DNA of 64,000 nt from a virus (IMGVR_UViG_3300033463_000010:149232-213231), one strand, 5' to 3'; shown: positions 26,719 to 36,817, counted from the stretch's first letter. Notes: generated from the sequence alone by a model not told the origin. Numbers and translations are program-made.

Positions 26719-28941
26719 TTAGCGACCAAACCTGGCACCCTTGCGTTCCAGGATTTCTGTCAGCAAGTCGGTGGAAGCGGTTTCCTTTCCGTCCAAAACG
26801 CCATCAAGCATTTTCGCCCTAGCGTCCAGGACTTCAATGGCTTCCATATCCACGGTTCCAGGTGCTACAAGATAGTAAGAAGTGACGGAGTTATGCTGCC
26901 CCGACCTGTGCAGACGGTCTTCTGCCTGCCTGTGGAAGTTCGGGGTGTGCGAAAATTCAGCGAAAGCCACATCGGAGCAGACTTCCTGGAAGCCGTCAAT
27001 GCCGACACCGCCCGCCTGGATATTGGCGACGATTACACGGCACTTCGGGTCGTTAATGAACTTCTTACGGGCTTCTTCACGTTCCGTGGCGGTCATACCG
27101 CCATAGATAATCGCAGGGCTGTAATCCTTGAGCGTGTCATAGAGGACTTCCACGACGGAGCGGTGCCACGCAAACAGCAGCAACTTCTTGTCCGATTCCA
27201 GGAAGTCTTCAATCCACTGCAACATAGACTTCTCTTTGAGTGCGTAGGCGGTTCGGAGCAGGTGGGCGACCTTGTTGCGGGCGTTCTCACGCTCGCCCTT
27301 GATAGTTTCACCCGAAAATGCGATACGTTCCTCTTCGTAGTAATCGTCCATAGCGGATTGGTCCACTTCAAGCGGGACGACTTCCATAACTTTGGGCGGG
27401 AGGTCTTTCATTACTTCGTTCTTCGTCCTGCGGAGCATACAGCGGACAAGCAGTTCGTGGAGTTCTTCCACGTTGGACGCACCGTTGAACTTTACCCTGC
27501 CATAGCTGTCGGTCTGCGGGTCACAATACCTGTTCTTGAACATATAGAAGTTCTTGAACATAGACGGTTCCACGATAGAAAGCAGCGTCCAAAACTGCAT
27601 AGGCTTTGACATAGCGGGCGTTCCGCTCATACCGATACAGTGCGGGATAATCTTTGAGAGTTCCTTGAAAGCGATAGCTCTTTGAGAATCGGGGTTTCCG
27701 ATAGCCTGCACTTCGTCGCCTACAAGCAGACGGAACCCAACCTGGGCGAGCGGACCATCGCACACGTAGAACACGTTGGTTTCACCGTTGCGTTCGGTGG
27801 ACTCAAAGTGCCCCGCCCAATCCGAAAGCACGTCCCAATTTATGATATAGCTCTTATACTTTGACAGCGGGTGCGGGGTCTTACCGCTCAACACTTCAAC
27901 GTCGGGGTAGTGCTTCTTTGTAGCCCCTACCCATTTCCTATACGCTTCCTGCCACTGCAACTTCGTAGGGGCGTTCACCACATAGAGAGCGGGATAGGCA
28001 TTCGCATAGACCATCCAGGACAACGCTTCTACGGTCTTACCGCAGTTGTGGACGACTGTATGGTTCGCAACAAAGTTCCCAAAATTCAGCACCTTTACGT
28101 CGTAGGTCATTCGCATTCCTGCGGACGTGATAGACACGACTTTCGCCATAGCGGACTTGCCGTCCCTTTCAACCTGGACGTATGCGTTCAAGGTGTCCTT
28201 GATTTCGGTCCAACCGCTATCCGTAAGCACCTTATGGTCGGGCGTGGCAATAATGTAGGTATCGTCTTCAAGGGTAGCGTGGACGCAGCGTTTGATACCG
28301 CTTTGGATAACGTCCACGACTTCGCCCATACCCAACGTATGCCCGTCTGCCAACAAACACTGAATATCCCAATCGCACGTCCCCTTTGTCCTGGCGAAAG
28401 CACGATACAGGGATTCCAGGGAAGTCTTGCGGGTCTTCCCGTTATTTCGGACGGTCACGGTCATATCGCCACAGACGCAGCCCATTTCGTCGCCCAGGGC
28501 AAGGCGACCGTGACGGAGCTGTGCGAACTTCAAGAAATCAATTTGGTAAGAACGCAGCCCAGGAATAAGGGTCCCTTCGGGGTCCAACTTCGTAGCGTCA
28601 ATTTTTGCCTGCTGCTTGATACGGGGGTCAACCCTCTTTTCATTCGGGTCCTTTTCTTTCGGGGGTTTTGTCCAACCCGAAGCCTCCATCCAGGTCTTCG
28701 TCCCAATGTCCCAGGGCACTTCCCATTTTTGAGTTGCAGCGTTGTATTGACGTTTGGGCAACTTGCGAACACCTTCAAGAACTTTCCTCCAGGCATCCTT
28801 GTTATGCGTGAACCAGGACAACGCCACAATGGATTTGTCAACTTTCGTAAATTCGGCTTCGTATCGCACACCCGCAATAGGTTCAATGGGCGTGGGGGCA
28901 CGGCTCAATCTGTCCGACAAGCCAATAAGGTCATAACTCAT
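26719..28941 (-). CDS. SNF2/HARP-like helicase containing a mini-intein
   Basis: DEMG|CGKT, DEVQ, SGTP, QAEDRLHRSGQ. Confidence 0.92.
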   Translation of the reverse strand: MSYDLIGLSDRLSRAPTPIEPIAGVRYEAEFTKVDKSIVALSWFTHNKDAWRKVLEGVRKLPKRQYNAATQKWEVPWDIGTKTWMEASGWTKPPKEKDPNEKRVDPRIKQQAKIDATKLDPEGTLIPGLRSYQIDFLKFAQLRHGRLALGDEMGCVCGDMTVTVRNNGKTRKTSLESLYRAFARTKGTCDWDIQCLLADGHTLGMGEVVDVIQSGIKRCVHATLEDDTYIIATPDHKVLTDSGWTEIKDTLNAYVQVERDGKSAMAKVVSITSAGMRMTYDVKVLNFGNFVANHTVVHNCGKTVEALSWMVYANAYPALYVVNAPTKLQWQEAYRKWVGATKKHYPDVEVLSGKTPHPLSKYKSYIINWDVLSDWAGHFESTERNGETNVFYVCDGPLAQVGFRLLVGDEVQAIGNPDSQRAIAFKELSKIIPHCIGMSGTPAMSKPMQFWTLLSIVEPSMFKNFYMFKNRYCDPQTDSYGRVKFNGASNVEELHELLVRCMLRRTKNEVMKDLPPKVMEVVPLEVDQSAMDDYYEEERIAFSGETIKGERENARNKVAHLLRTAYALKEKSMLQWIEDFLESDKKLLLFAWHRSVVEVLYDTLKDYSPAIIYGGMTATEREEARKKFINDPKCRVIVANIQAGGVGIDGFQEVCSDVAFAEFSHTPNFHRQAEDRLHRSGQHNSVTSYYLVAPGTVDMEAIEVLDARAKMLDGVLDGKETASTDLLTEILERKGARFGR
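28045..28479 (-). mobile_element. mini-intein (145 aa, no homing endonuclease)
   Basis: starts CVCGD, block B ATPDHKV, ends TYDVKV...VVHN with +1 Cys; inserted in Walker A. Confidence 0.93.
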
Positions 28942-28944
28942 ATC

Positions 28945-30024
28945 TTAACCATTCCTATAATCGGGGATTGTTACGTTACGGTTCGTTCGGCACCACTGCA
29001 CGAAACGGAACCACCTTTCATTTCCAGGATAGATAAACGTCAATGGAAGCACCTTGCCGTTGGCAGACGCATTCCATTCTTTCACAAGCGTTACCGCCAT
29101 ACCTACGTCGGCAAGACGGACCCTGTTATCCACCACGGACATAAGCATATCACGGTTGGCGTAATACCAATCCACGAATTTTTTAACGCCATTCCAATAG
29201 GTAGCCATAGACGTGGACGGCATACCCCGCAGGTATTCCGAATCCTTGATAGCCTGTTCCGCAGCGGTTACAGCCAACTTCGGGAGTGCGGATTTGATAG
29301 CGGTGTCCTTGTTCATTTCCCACAGGACCTCGCAAAACGGACTCCATTCCGTGCCCGCCTTTGTCTGCGAGCAAAGGAACGAAGCCAGGGACTTGCGGGG
29401 TATCTTCCCGTTCTCAATGGGCGGGAACCAATACCCGCCATTCTTGTGGGCGTTTTCCACGTAGTCCAGGCATTTTTCAATAGTGTCTAGGGCAGACGGA
29501 ATGTCGGTAAACTTTTCTTTCAAGAGAGCGGGACCGCCCCCTTTCTGTTCGGTCTTCGCCAACCATTTCTTGTCCCACTTGTGGGAGTTCACGAAAAATC
29601 CCGTCGCAAGCCAAACGACTTCACGGCAGGTCGTGTCCCAAACATTACTGCTCAACTTCGTTGCAGACAGGAACGAATAGGACTGCGTGAGTTCGTGAAG
29701 CCTGCTCAAATCGGCATCGGACATACTGTCCTTATGGGCGACCAGGTGCAGGTTAAATCCACGCTTGGGGGCTTCTGCTTTTGGCTTCGGCTTGGGCTGC
29801 TTCGGTCGGTCCTCACGGATTGTTGCGTGGGTTCGGACAACAGAAAAACGGGGGGCAGCGAACTGTTCCGTGAACAGGTCTTGTGCTTCCAGGCGAACTT
29901 CAAGAATATCCTTGCCACGGACGACGACACGGGCAGAAACGCCCTCGTTTTTCAGCCATTCGTTCAACTTGGGCAAAAGTGTGTTAGCTGTTTCTGCCAT
30001 CACGCACCCTTTAACGTCTTCCAC
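28945..30024 (-). CDS. hypothetical protein
   Basis: long ORF in replication operon. Confidence 0.7.
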   Translation of the reverse strand: MEDVKGCVMAETANTLLPKLNEWLKNEGVSARVVVRGKDILEVRLEAQDLFTEQFAAPRFSVVRTHATIREDRPKQPKPKPKAEAPKRGFNLHLVAHKDSMSDADLSRLHELTQSYSFLSATKLSSNVWDTTCREVVWLATGFFVNSHKWDKKWLAKTEQKGGGPALLKEKFTDIPSALDTIEKCLDYVENAHKNGGYWFPPIENGKIPRKSLASFLCSQTKAGTEWSPFCEVLWEMNKDTAIKSALPKLAVTAAEQAIKDSEYLRGMPSTSMATYWNGVKKFVDWYYANRDMLMSVVDNRVRLADVGMAVTLVKEWNASANGKVLPLTFIYPGNERWFRFVQWCRTNRNVTIPDYRNG

Positions 30025-30380
30025 TTTTGCAGCATTTGTTCAAACGTGCCCAACGGTATCGGGCAGGTCTTGATAAAGATATTCCCCAATTTCTTCTGTG
30101 ACAAATCCGCTTCGGACAATGCAGGAGCTATCGGGAGCATTTTGCCACGATAGAGCGGGTCAAACCATACAGCGGACGGCTTCCACTTGCGTCGCTGCAT
30201 TTCACGGATTACCTTGCCGTGATACCAAACCAATGAACCCCAGGGGAGTGCATAGAACCAGGTCCTCACATTCGTGGGGCTACGCCACTGCGACGAGCGG
30301 ATTTTACAAATGTCCCTGTGCAGGGCTGTCAGCAGCCTGTCGGGTAGTTCGGGTAAAAGATTAGGGTGCCAAAGTTGCAT
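30000..30380 (-). CDS. pyrimidine-dimer DNA glycosylase (DenV)-like protein
   Basis: MQLWH..L..L....L.ALHR; YH..V..EM..R. Confidence 0.7.
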   Translation of the reverse strand: MQLWHPNLLPELPDRLLTALHRDICKIRSSQWRSPTNVRTWFYALPWGSLVWYHGKVIREMQRRKWKPSAVWFDPLYRGKMLPIAPALSEADLSQKKLGNIFIKTCPIPLGTFEQMLQKWKTLKGA

Positions 30381-30645
30381 TAGTCGTGTCCTTGTCTTGT
30401 AAATTTTTTATGACGCTAACGATTTCGTCAATAGAATCACAGCCGTCAAAAGAGCCGTCCTGGACAGTAATAAAGAAATCGGATTCCACGTCGCATTCCA
30501 AAAACAGCCTATCTACGTTGTCAAAGCAGGTAACGCTAGACAGGCGTTCGGAATTTTCCAGGCATTCCCGTGTGGTGCCGTATTGGTTTTCAAACCAATC
30601 TAGCACCCATTCTTTGATATTGGTCGTGTTGGTTAAGTCTTTCAT
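30361..30645 (-). CDS. acyl-carrier-protein-like protein lacking the acceptor Ser
   Basis: acidic 94 aa; FDNVDRLFL..DVE..F.I.V.D......SIDEIV. Confidence 0.5.
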   Translation of the reverse strand: MKDLTNTTNIKEWVLDWFENQYGTTRECLENSERLSSVTCFDNVDRLFLECDVESDFFITVQDGSFDGCDSIDEIVSVIKNLQDKDTTNATLAP

Positions 30646-30687
30646 AGCTCACTACTACATATATAGCAAGATACCGCCAAACTTGCA

Positions 30688-31122
30688 CTAATGGTCGGTT
30701 TCGGTTTCCTTGACAAGCCAATAGGTTCCGTAACGCTTGCCCGTTCGGGGGTCCTTGTCGGTCCTGCATTCAATATGCAGACCCAACTTCTTCAAGTTGA
30801 AAATTTGGGCACTCAAACGGAAGCAACCGAACATTTCCAGGGCATCAAGCGGTGTAATCGTGTGCCCGCCCTCAAGCCATTCCTTGATAGAGAGCATTTG
30901 CGACTTCTGCGACGACTTGTCAATCTGCCAGGACGGTTGAACGCCACTTTGGTCTGCTGTGGGCTTGACCTGCAAATTGAGCAGCAGGGCATCGGGTGTA
31001 ATCGGGGTCCAATCCTTAACTACAAGGTCGGACTTGCCCTTGAACTTGATATAGATTTTCTTCGGGAGTTTACCCTCGTAGGCTTCTATGAGTTCCTGCG
31101 GAACGATAAACGGTTCTGTCAT
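30688..31122 (-). CDS. winged-HTH protein
   Basis: ITPLDALEMFGCFRLSAQIFNLK. Confidence 0.7.
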   Translation of the reverse strand: MTEPFIVPQELIEAYEGKLPKKIYIKFKGKSDLVVKDWTPITPDALLLNLQVKPTADQSGVQPSWQIDKSSQKSQMLSIKEWLEGGHTITPLDALEMFGCFRLSAQIFNLKKLGLHIECRTDKDPRTGKRYGTYWLVKETETDH

Positions 31123-31146
31123 TGTGCTATCCTCGGTTTAGGGTTA

Positions 31147-32256
31147 TTACGACATAGGTGCAAACAGAGTAGTCGCTTTGCCGTCCGTCCACACGGTCGG
31201 GTGTGTCAAGAACTTCGTAGCCTTGAACACTACGGGTGAATTGTCGTCAAAGCGTTCCATAAGTTTAAGAAGTGCCAAAGCGTCCATTTTGACACCCGTG
31301 TAGTTGTCAAATGCGTAGTCCGACGGGACCGCCTGCACACCCAGGTATTCCGTGCCATACGTGAGCATTACAGGGCAGAACCCCTTTGTCGTATGCTTCA
31401 CGATTACGGACAAGCGTTTCAGTTCGTCACGGAGCGACTTTACGTTCACTTTAAGGACCGTGGTGAATTTGTCCTGGGTATCAACGATATGGTGGAAATC
31501 GGGGTAGGTCCCGCCAACGAACGCACCATACACAGAGAACTGCTTACCCTCAAAACTGTAATGCCCTACGTGCAACATAAGGTTACAGTCAGTGCCTAGC
31601 AGGGACATAGCCTTGAACGCCTTGCACGGAATGGCACGACGGAATGTAGGTTCCTGGACTAGACTTGTGTAAATGAGTGCGTGGCGGTCCGTCGCAGCGA
31701 ACCCGTGATTTACGTCGCTGCTTTCAAACAGAATGCTGTTCAATGCCGTGTATTGGGTGTCTTCAATGCACAGGGGCGAAATGTATTTGTGGATATACTT
31801 AATGTCATATTCCGTCATAGTTACCCACCCCTCGTCCGTATCAATGGGGATAACTAGCGTCGGGCAGTCCTTACCAGGAACGCCCGCAATCTTACCGCAG
31901 GTCAAGCAGTTGTCCTTGAACACCAGGGCTGTGCCCTCACGTTCCACCAGGAACACACCGCTGCTGCGGGGAGCCTTTGCGAGCATATTTTCCAAAGTTG
32001 GGTATTCAACAGCCAGGTCAATTTCCCCACTTCCACGAAGCCCTTTCAACGAAAGGTCAGCGTAGCATTCCGTATCGGTCACACGGATAAAGCCGTCCCC
32101 GTTCTTATAGTAGATACGGACAAACTTTAAAATTTGGACGGTTGTCCTCTTCGGGACAATGCAGTTCACGGCAGAAATGAACCGTGCGAGCAGGTCACGG
32201 GAAATGCTAAACGACGCTTCGGCTGTCTTTGATTTCAATGCAAGATTAAAAGCCAT
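31147..32256 (-). CDS. second, divergent beta-clamp-like protein
   Basis: IVPKRTTVQIL, VTDTE, AATDRHAL, GTYPDF, terminal LFAPM. Confidence 0.72.
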   Translation of the reverse strand: MAFNLALKSKTAEASFSISRDLLARFISAVNCIVPKRTTVQILKFVRIYYKNGDGFIRVTDTECYADLSLKGLRGSGEIDLAVEYPTLENMLAKAPRSSGVFLVEREGTALVFKDNCLTCGKIAGVPGKDCPTLVIPIDTDEGWVTMTEYDIKYIHKYISPLCIEDTQYTALNSILFESSDVNHGFAATDRHALIYTSLVQEPTFRRAIPCKAFKAMSLLGTDCNLMLHVGHYSFEGKQFSVYGAFVGGTYPDFHHIVDTQDKFTTVLKVNVKSLRDELKRLSVIVKHTTKGFCPVMLTYGTEYLGVQAVPSDYAFDNYTGVKMDALALLKLMERFDDNSPVVFKATKFLTHPTVWTDGKATTLFAPMS

Positions 32257-32257
32257 A

Positions 32258-32512
32258 CTATAACCCGTAGGAAAGTTTTACTTGTTGCAGTTTATTCTTA
32301 AATTCGTCGGTGGTCCAATCGTGCTTACCGCAGAAGTCCTCGCCCCGTCCCCAGGCAACGCACTTGTCGTCCCACAGGTGAGCAACAAAGTAGCCCACTC
32401 CCGACGTAAAGACACGTAAGCACGGGTGCTTCTTTTTCGCTGCACCCTTGATAGTGCAATCGGGGAATACTTCCTTGCAGATAGAAACAAACTCTTTGGC
32501 TTCCATAATCAC
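32258..32512 (-). CDS. hypothetical protein
   Basis: ORF tiling. Confidence 0.55.
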   Translation of the reverse strand: MIMEAKEFVSICKEVFPDCTIKGAAKKKHPCLRVFTSGVGYFVAHLWDDKCVAWGRGEDFCGKHDWTTDEFKNKLQQVKLSYGL

Positions 32513-32519
32513 CCCTGGG

Positions 32520-33452
32520 TTAAATCATATCCAATTCTTTCATAACGCTGCGGGCTTCGTCGGGCGTAAGGTCGCCAGGGTCACGGGGGTTCCCTTTAGC
32601 GTCAAGCCCAAATTCCGCAGCACACACTTCAACGGAGCAGCCACAGGCTGAAATATCCCTGGCGTATTCACGGGCGTGTTCCTGGGCTTCGGGTTCGGGG
32701 TCAAACAGGAACACCACTTCTTTCCACATAGAAATCAAGTTCACCTGTTCACGGGTAAGGGAAGTCCCGAACGTTGCGACGGAGCCTGGACCCATACGCC
32801 ATTGGTCAAACACGCCTTCCACGACCACGATACGGTCCTTGTTTCGGGCAAGTTCGGCACCATACAGCAGGTGCTTATGGTGGACCACGGCTTTATCCAC
32901 GGGGCAGCACTTGTAGCGTAAATCCTGCATTCCCGTATAGTCACGCCCCTGGAACGTGCAAAGGTTCCCCCAAACGTCGTAAACGGGGATTATGACACGG
33001 AAACGAAAGTCAATCCCTTGCCAATATCCAATATCGGTAGTCCCCAGGATTCCGTGATAGAACTCCAATTCTTCGGGGTCAAACTTTCGGACTTCGCTCA
33101 AATAGCGACGGTGGCATTCCTTTAACGGCTCGCCTGGAAGCGTGATACTCTTTACGTTAGACTTGTGCGTTTGTTCCGCTTGCAGAAACGGATTGATACC
33201 CTTTGAATACTTCTGTATAAGCTGCCGTGCCGTGTCCATAGGGATATGGGCAGCAAGCGACACAGCCTTTACAGGGTGCCCGCCTTTACAACGCCAACAT
33301 TGGTAATTTCCCTTGCTAATGGAAAATCCACCGTGGTTACTGTGGTCGTCGCAGAAAGGACATTGAATGTTAATGTTCCCTGGGGCAACGTTCTTTCCGC
33401 TGTCCCAACACGGAACATTCAAGTCCATAAATAGCTGCTTCCAATCTACCAT
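32520..33452 (-). CDS. dnaG: DNA primase (Zn finger + TOPRIM)
   Basis: CPFC..CWRC, FQGR, VVEGVFD, FDPE, DPGD. Confidence 0.9.
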   Translation of the reverse strand: MVDWKQLFMDLNVPCWDSGKNVAPGNINIQCPFCDDHSNHGGFSISKGNYQCWRCKGGHPVKAVSLAAHIPMDTARQLIQKYSKGINPFLQAEQTHKSNVKSITLPGEPLKECHRRYLSEVRKFDPEELEFYHGILGTTDIGYWQGIDFRFRVIIPVYDVWGNLCTFQGRDYTGMQDLRYKCCPVDKAVVHHKHLLYGAELARNKDRIVVVEGVFDQWRMGPGSVATFGTSLTREQVNLISMWKEVVFLFDPEPEAQEHAREYARDISACGCSVEVCAAEFGLDAKGNPRDPGDLTPDEARSVMKELDMI

Positions 33453-33751
33453 TAAACGTCAACCTTAATGCTGTCAAGATACTGCTGAATGATAGCGTGA
33501 ACACGCTGACGGGATATGCCCTCGTTAATGGCAATCTGCGAATAAGACATACCCTTTTCGTGCATTTCGTAGAACTTCTTTCCACGCAGGTCACGGTCTT
33601 CGGTAATCTTGCCCTTTACAGGACGGAAGCCCTGGTGCAAATGGGCACGGGCAAAATAGGCACATTGGGCATAAGTTTTGCCCTTCGGGATTTTGTTGTT
33701 CTTGACGGCTTCAATCTGTGTAGCCGTCCAATTCTTGTATGGAGTCAACAT
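33452..33751 (-). CDS. HTH protein (sigma70 region 4-like)
   Basis: GMSYSQIAINEGISRQRVHAI. Confidence 0.7.
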   Translation of the reverse strand: MLTPYKNWTATQIEAVKNNKIPKGKTYAQCAYFARAHLHQGFRPVKGKITEDRDLRGKKFYEMHEKGMSYSQIAINEGISRQRVHAIIQQYLDSIKVDV

Positions 33752-34074
33752 ATAGCACCTCTCATTTATAAAACAATTCTTGTATCATTGTTACAGCATA
33801 TAGAGCGAATACGGATATTGCAATCATCGTGACGAGAATACACACGACGACAAAAGATATGGTCCCTAACGCTCTTAATCCACGCCAAAACATCTGTCAA
33901 TACCTATATAGCAACAAAGCTGCTATTCTTCGTCTTCCCGCAGCAATTCCAGGTGAGTAGTCGTCGTGGGCGGTTGCATAGCCATAAACGCTTCTGCCTT
34001 TGATTCCGTCGTGAAAAGACGATACTTCGGCTTGTATGCAGGGTTCACGAAAGTGCAAATAACCAAAAACTTAA

Positions 34075-34566
34075 TCACTGCAATTCCCTCCCACAAATGG
34101 GACAGAACAAGATACTATCGCTAGAAATCTGCAAGTCTTCATTGAGTGGTGACGCTTTAAGGACATAGCCCTTTTCGCTGTCACGGACCACCTGGAACGT
34201 GCTGTCGTCCCCGAAGTCTTCGCCCCCGATACCAACTTCAAGCAGACCGCAGTTGCAATGCGGGCACTTGTTGGGTATCATAGCCTTTGCCTTTTCGGTC
34301 AGCTTCAATCCCAGGGGGTTCTTACCAATGTCAGCCCTGGCACGGTAGTTACGCTCAAGCTGCATAGCGTCGTTGGCTAGGTCGTAAAGGTGAGAATGGA
34401 TTACCTGGAAGTCAAGGTAGCAGGAATGGACCACATCAAGTTTTTCCTTGTATTCGGGGTGTTCCTTAATAAGTTCTTCCAGGAACTTGCCACAGTCCAA
34501 TTCGTTCGCCTTACGGACAAGGGGCTTCAAACTCTTTGCGTAGTCGTGGAAATCCTTGAAGTTCAT
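34075..34566 (-). CDS. Zn-ribbon-containing hypothetical protein
   Basis: CPHC...FCPICGREL. Confidence 0.65.
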   Translation of the reverse strand: MNFKDFHDYAKSLKPLVRKANELDCGKFLEELIKEHPEYKEKLDVVHSCYLDFQVIHSHLYDLANDAMQLERNYRARADIGKNPLGLKLTEKAKAMIPNKCPHCNCGLLEVGIGGEDFGDDSTFQVVRDSEKGYVLKASPLNEDLQISSDSILFCPICGRELQ

Positions 34567-35471
34567 TCTTCCTCCACTTCTGCGAACAGGACGGAGTTGA
34601 ACGGGGTATTCGTGCCCTTAATCCAAATAAGCGTGTAGCTGTTATTGACTTGAATATCGGTCAATTCGTAGATTTCGCCCACGGTGAGTTCGCCCTTGTC
34701 GTCGCCCCACCACCCCGAATTTTTGTCGTTTCGTATGCACTTGATTTTACGGGGTTCGTGGTTATCAATGTCAAGTTCACCGAACATAAGGGAACGCCTG
34801 GATTCCTTGCTTTCGGGATTATCCTTGTGGCTTCCGAAAGACGGGGGGACATTGATAGCCAGGTGCGTAATTCTTACAAGGTATAGTTCGTTGTCATTTC
34901 CTTTTTCAAACTCACCGCAAAGCGTCACGTCGGACGTAAAGCCGTTCAATACAAGCGTCTTCAAAGTCTGCCCGCAGAGGTAGCGGTGCGAATCCACATT
35001 CACCACCGCCACAAGCCCGTGTTCCTTGTCGGGACGGATAGTTGCAACGCTACCAACCTTGTAAACCAGGTTGGCTGCGGTAGCCGACGGCTTTTCGTTT
35101 GTCGGGAGCAGTGAAGCGGGACGCATATCTTCGGGCAACTCCAAAAAGTCCGCAATAACCCGTTCCGAAACACGATACTTGCGACCGTCGTTCGTGAAAT
35201 TCACGGGGATTTCCACGACGGTAATGTTTCTAGGCTTCTGCGGGCTAAACGGGTCCGCAGGGTTGTCACTGTCGGTCTTTTCCAGGAAACCTTGAACTTC
35301 CTTAAAGTCCGTGTGGGAGTTCATAAGGTAGTTCAAGCAGGCTGTAAATTCCTTTGCAGCCTTGACCCAATCTTCGTTTTCAAGGGCTTCACCGTTCGCA
35401 TACTTGTCAGCGTTCATTTTAATGGTGTCAGCCACGTAGTAAAGTTTGTTCTTGATTTCTTCTCTTGTCAT
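34563..35471 (-). CDS. multi-module hypothetical protein
   Basis: likely start MTREEIK. Confidence 0.65.
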   Translation of the reverse strand: MTREEIKNKLYYVADTIKMNADKYANGEALENEDWVKAAKEFTACLNYLMNSHTDFKEVQGFLEKTDSDNPADPFSPQKPRNITVVEIPVNFTNDGRKYRVSERVIADFLELPEDMRPASLLPTNEKPSATAANLVYKVGSVATIRPDKEHGLVAVVNVDSHRYLCGQTLKTLVLNGFTSDVTLCGEFEKGNDNELYLVRITHLAINVPPSFGSHKDNPESKESRRSLMFGELDIDNHEPRKIKCIRNDKNSGWWGDDKGELTVGEIYELTDIQVNNSYTLIWIKGTNTPFNSVLFAEVEEE

Positions 35472-35475
35472 AGGA

Positions 35476-35658
35476 TTAACCCCCGAAAACAGTTTCAATG
35501 TAACCGTCCAGGGCGAAAGCACCCAGGAGGACAAGGGCACCTGCGATTCCCTGTGCCCAATAGACGACCTTTGCAACCCTAGCCTTGTGGCGGTTGTAAG
35601 CAGTCCAGGAAGAATATCCGTTAGGAATGTATTCGTTGAAATGGAAATTGTTAGCCAT
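35476..35658 (-). CDS. small membrane protein
   Basis: GGAGG RBS; C-terminal hydrophobic helix. Confidence 0.6.
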   Translation of the reverse strand: MANNFHFNEYIPNGYSSWTAYNRHKARVAKVVYWAQGIAGALVLLGAFALDGYIETVFGG

Positions 35659-35675
35659 TGTGGTTGTCCTCCAGG

Positions 35676-35990
35676 TTAAATCTTTTCGTGTTCAATGCGG
35701 TAGATTTCGGCTTCCACCTTTTCCATATAGGTGTCCGTGACTTCGCCAACGGTTACGTCCTTAATGCCCGTAAACGCAGCTTCAAGAGCAGTCTTGCATA
35801 AGGCTGCGACTTCGGCAGACTTGAAAGCGTAGGTTGCGTGATACCTGCTGCAAAAACCGCCATTGTAGCAGAACTTTGCGTCAGCGAACTTCTTTGCGAT
35901 ACGCCCCACTTTGGAAGCGTAATTGATAATGTAGGTGACGCTAACCGTGAACGGGTAGGTCTGCAAGGTTTGGTAGTCGGCAGTAATCAT
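35676..35990 (-). CDS. early hypothetical protein
   Basis: follows early promoter copy 4. Confidence 0.7.
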   Translation of the reverse strand: MITADYQTLQTYPFTVSVTYIINYASKVGRIAKKFADAKFCYNGGFCSRYHATYAFKSAEVAALCKTALEAAFTGIKDVTVGEVTDTYMEKVEAEIYRIEHEKI

Positions 35991-35994
35991 TTTG

Positions 35995-36071
35995 GAAGCC
36001 TCGGTTAAAGTGGTTGTCTTTCCTTTACAACCTAAATATAACAAAATACCTGCGGGGTGTCAACAGGTATT
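35995..36071 (-). promoter_or_regulatory. early promoter (copy 4)
   Basis: TTGACA-17-TATATT; AATACCTG/CAGGTATT inverted repeat. Confidence 0.85.
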
Positions 36072-36097
36072 GTTAAAAATGATATGTTAAATTTAGT

Positions 36098-36814
36098 TTA
36101 CACTACTTCAAAATCACGGGGCTTGTTCCGTATCGGGAAGTCGTGTTCACGGATTAGGTCCACGTAGGTCTGCAAGGACTCACGGTAGTCCTGGTGTTGG
36201 TCGGAGTCGCCACCTACTTTGCCGTTGAGCAAAGTTTCGTTAGTCATAGCAACGCACAAATGCAGGTGTTCGCATTCAAGACCGAGGAATTGGTCTTCGC
36301 TGCCCCACTTGTTGAAGCGTGGCTCAAACAGGAACCCGTGGTTGTATGCCATTACGTCCTGTATCGCACCCACACGCATACAGAACCCGCAGGAATAGAA
36401 CGGGTTACATAACGTTCCTGTGTCCACGACTGTGGCACCGCTCAAAGGGACGAAAATCTTTTGGTGCCGTGCGTCGTGTTCGCAGGAATACAGCATACAG
36501 TCAATGCTGTATGTCCGCATAAGGTTTAGGACCTTTTCGGGGTTGTATTCCGTCGGGTAGCGGTCCCCGTCAAAGAACTCAACGTAGTCGTTGTAATCGG
36601 GCGAAAATTCCCGTAGGATAAACTGCAAGCCCGTGTTACGGTTCATACCCCTATGACCTGCCGACGGCATAAGGACATAGTGACAGCCCAGGGCTTCGCA
36701 TTCCTTAATGTCTTCGGCAGTCGGAGCGTCAAACACGAACACGGTATGGTCGTCGTGCGGGAACTTACGGATATTTTCCGTTTGGTTATGGGATAGAATT
36801 ACACGGTAGAGCAT
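36098..36814 (-). CDS. GT-A fold glycosyltransferase
   Basis: RNTGL, FFDGD (DxD), F.KWGSED. Confidence 0.72.
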   Translation of the reverse strand: MLYRVILSHNQTENIRKFPHDDHTVFVFDAPTAEDIKECEALGCHYVLMPSAGHRGMNRNTGLQFILREFSPDYNDYVEFFDGDRYPTEYNPEKVLNLMRTYSIDCMLYSCEHDARHQKIFVPLSGATVVDTGTLCNPFYSCGFCMRVGAIQDVMAYNHGFLFEPRFNKWGSEDQFLGLECEHLHLCVAMTNETLLNGKVGGDSDQHQDYRESLQTYVDLIREHDFPIRNKPRDFEVV

Positions 36815-36817
36815 AGG

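Noticed and set aside
27871-29490. 539-aa plus-strand ORF and other long antisense ORFs (e.g. 54371..55516, 39469..40464, 20599..21558)
   Set aside because: They shadow clearly identifiable minus-strand genes and show no RBS or recognisable motifs.
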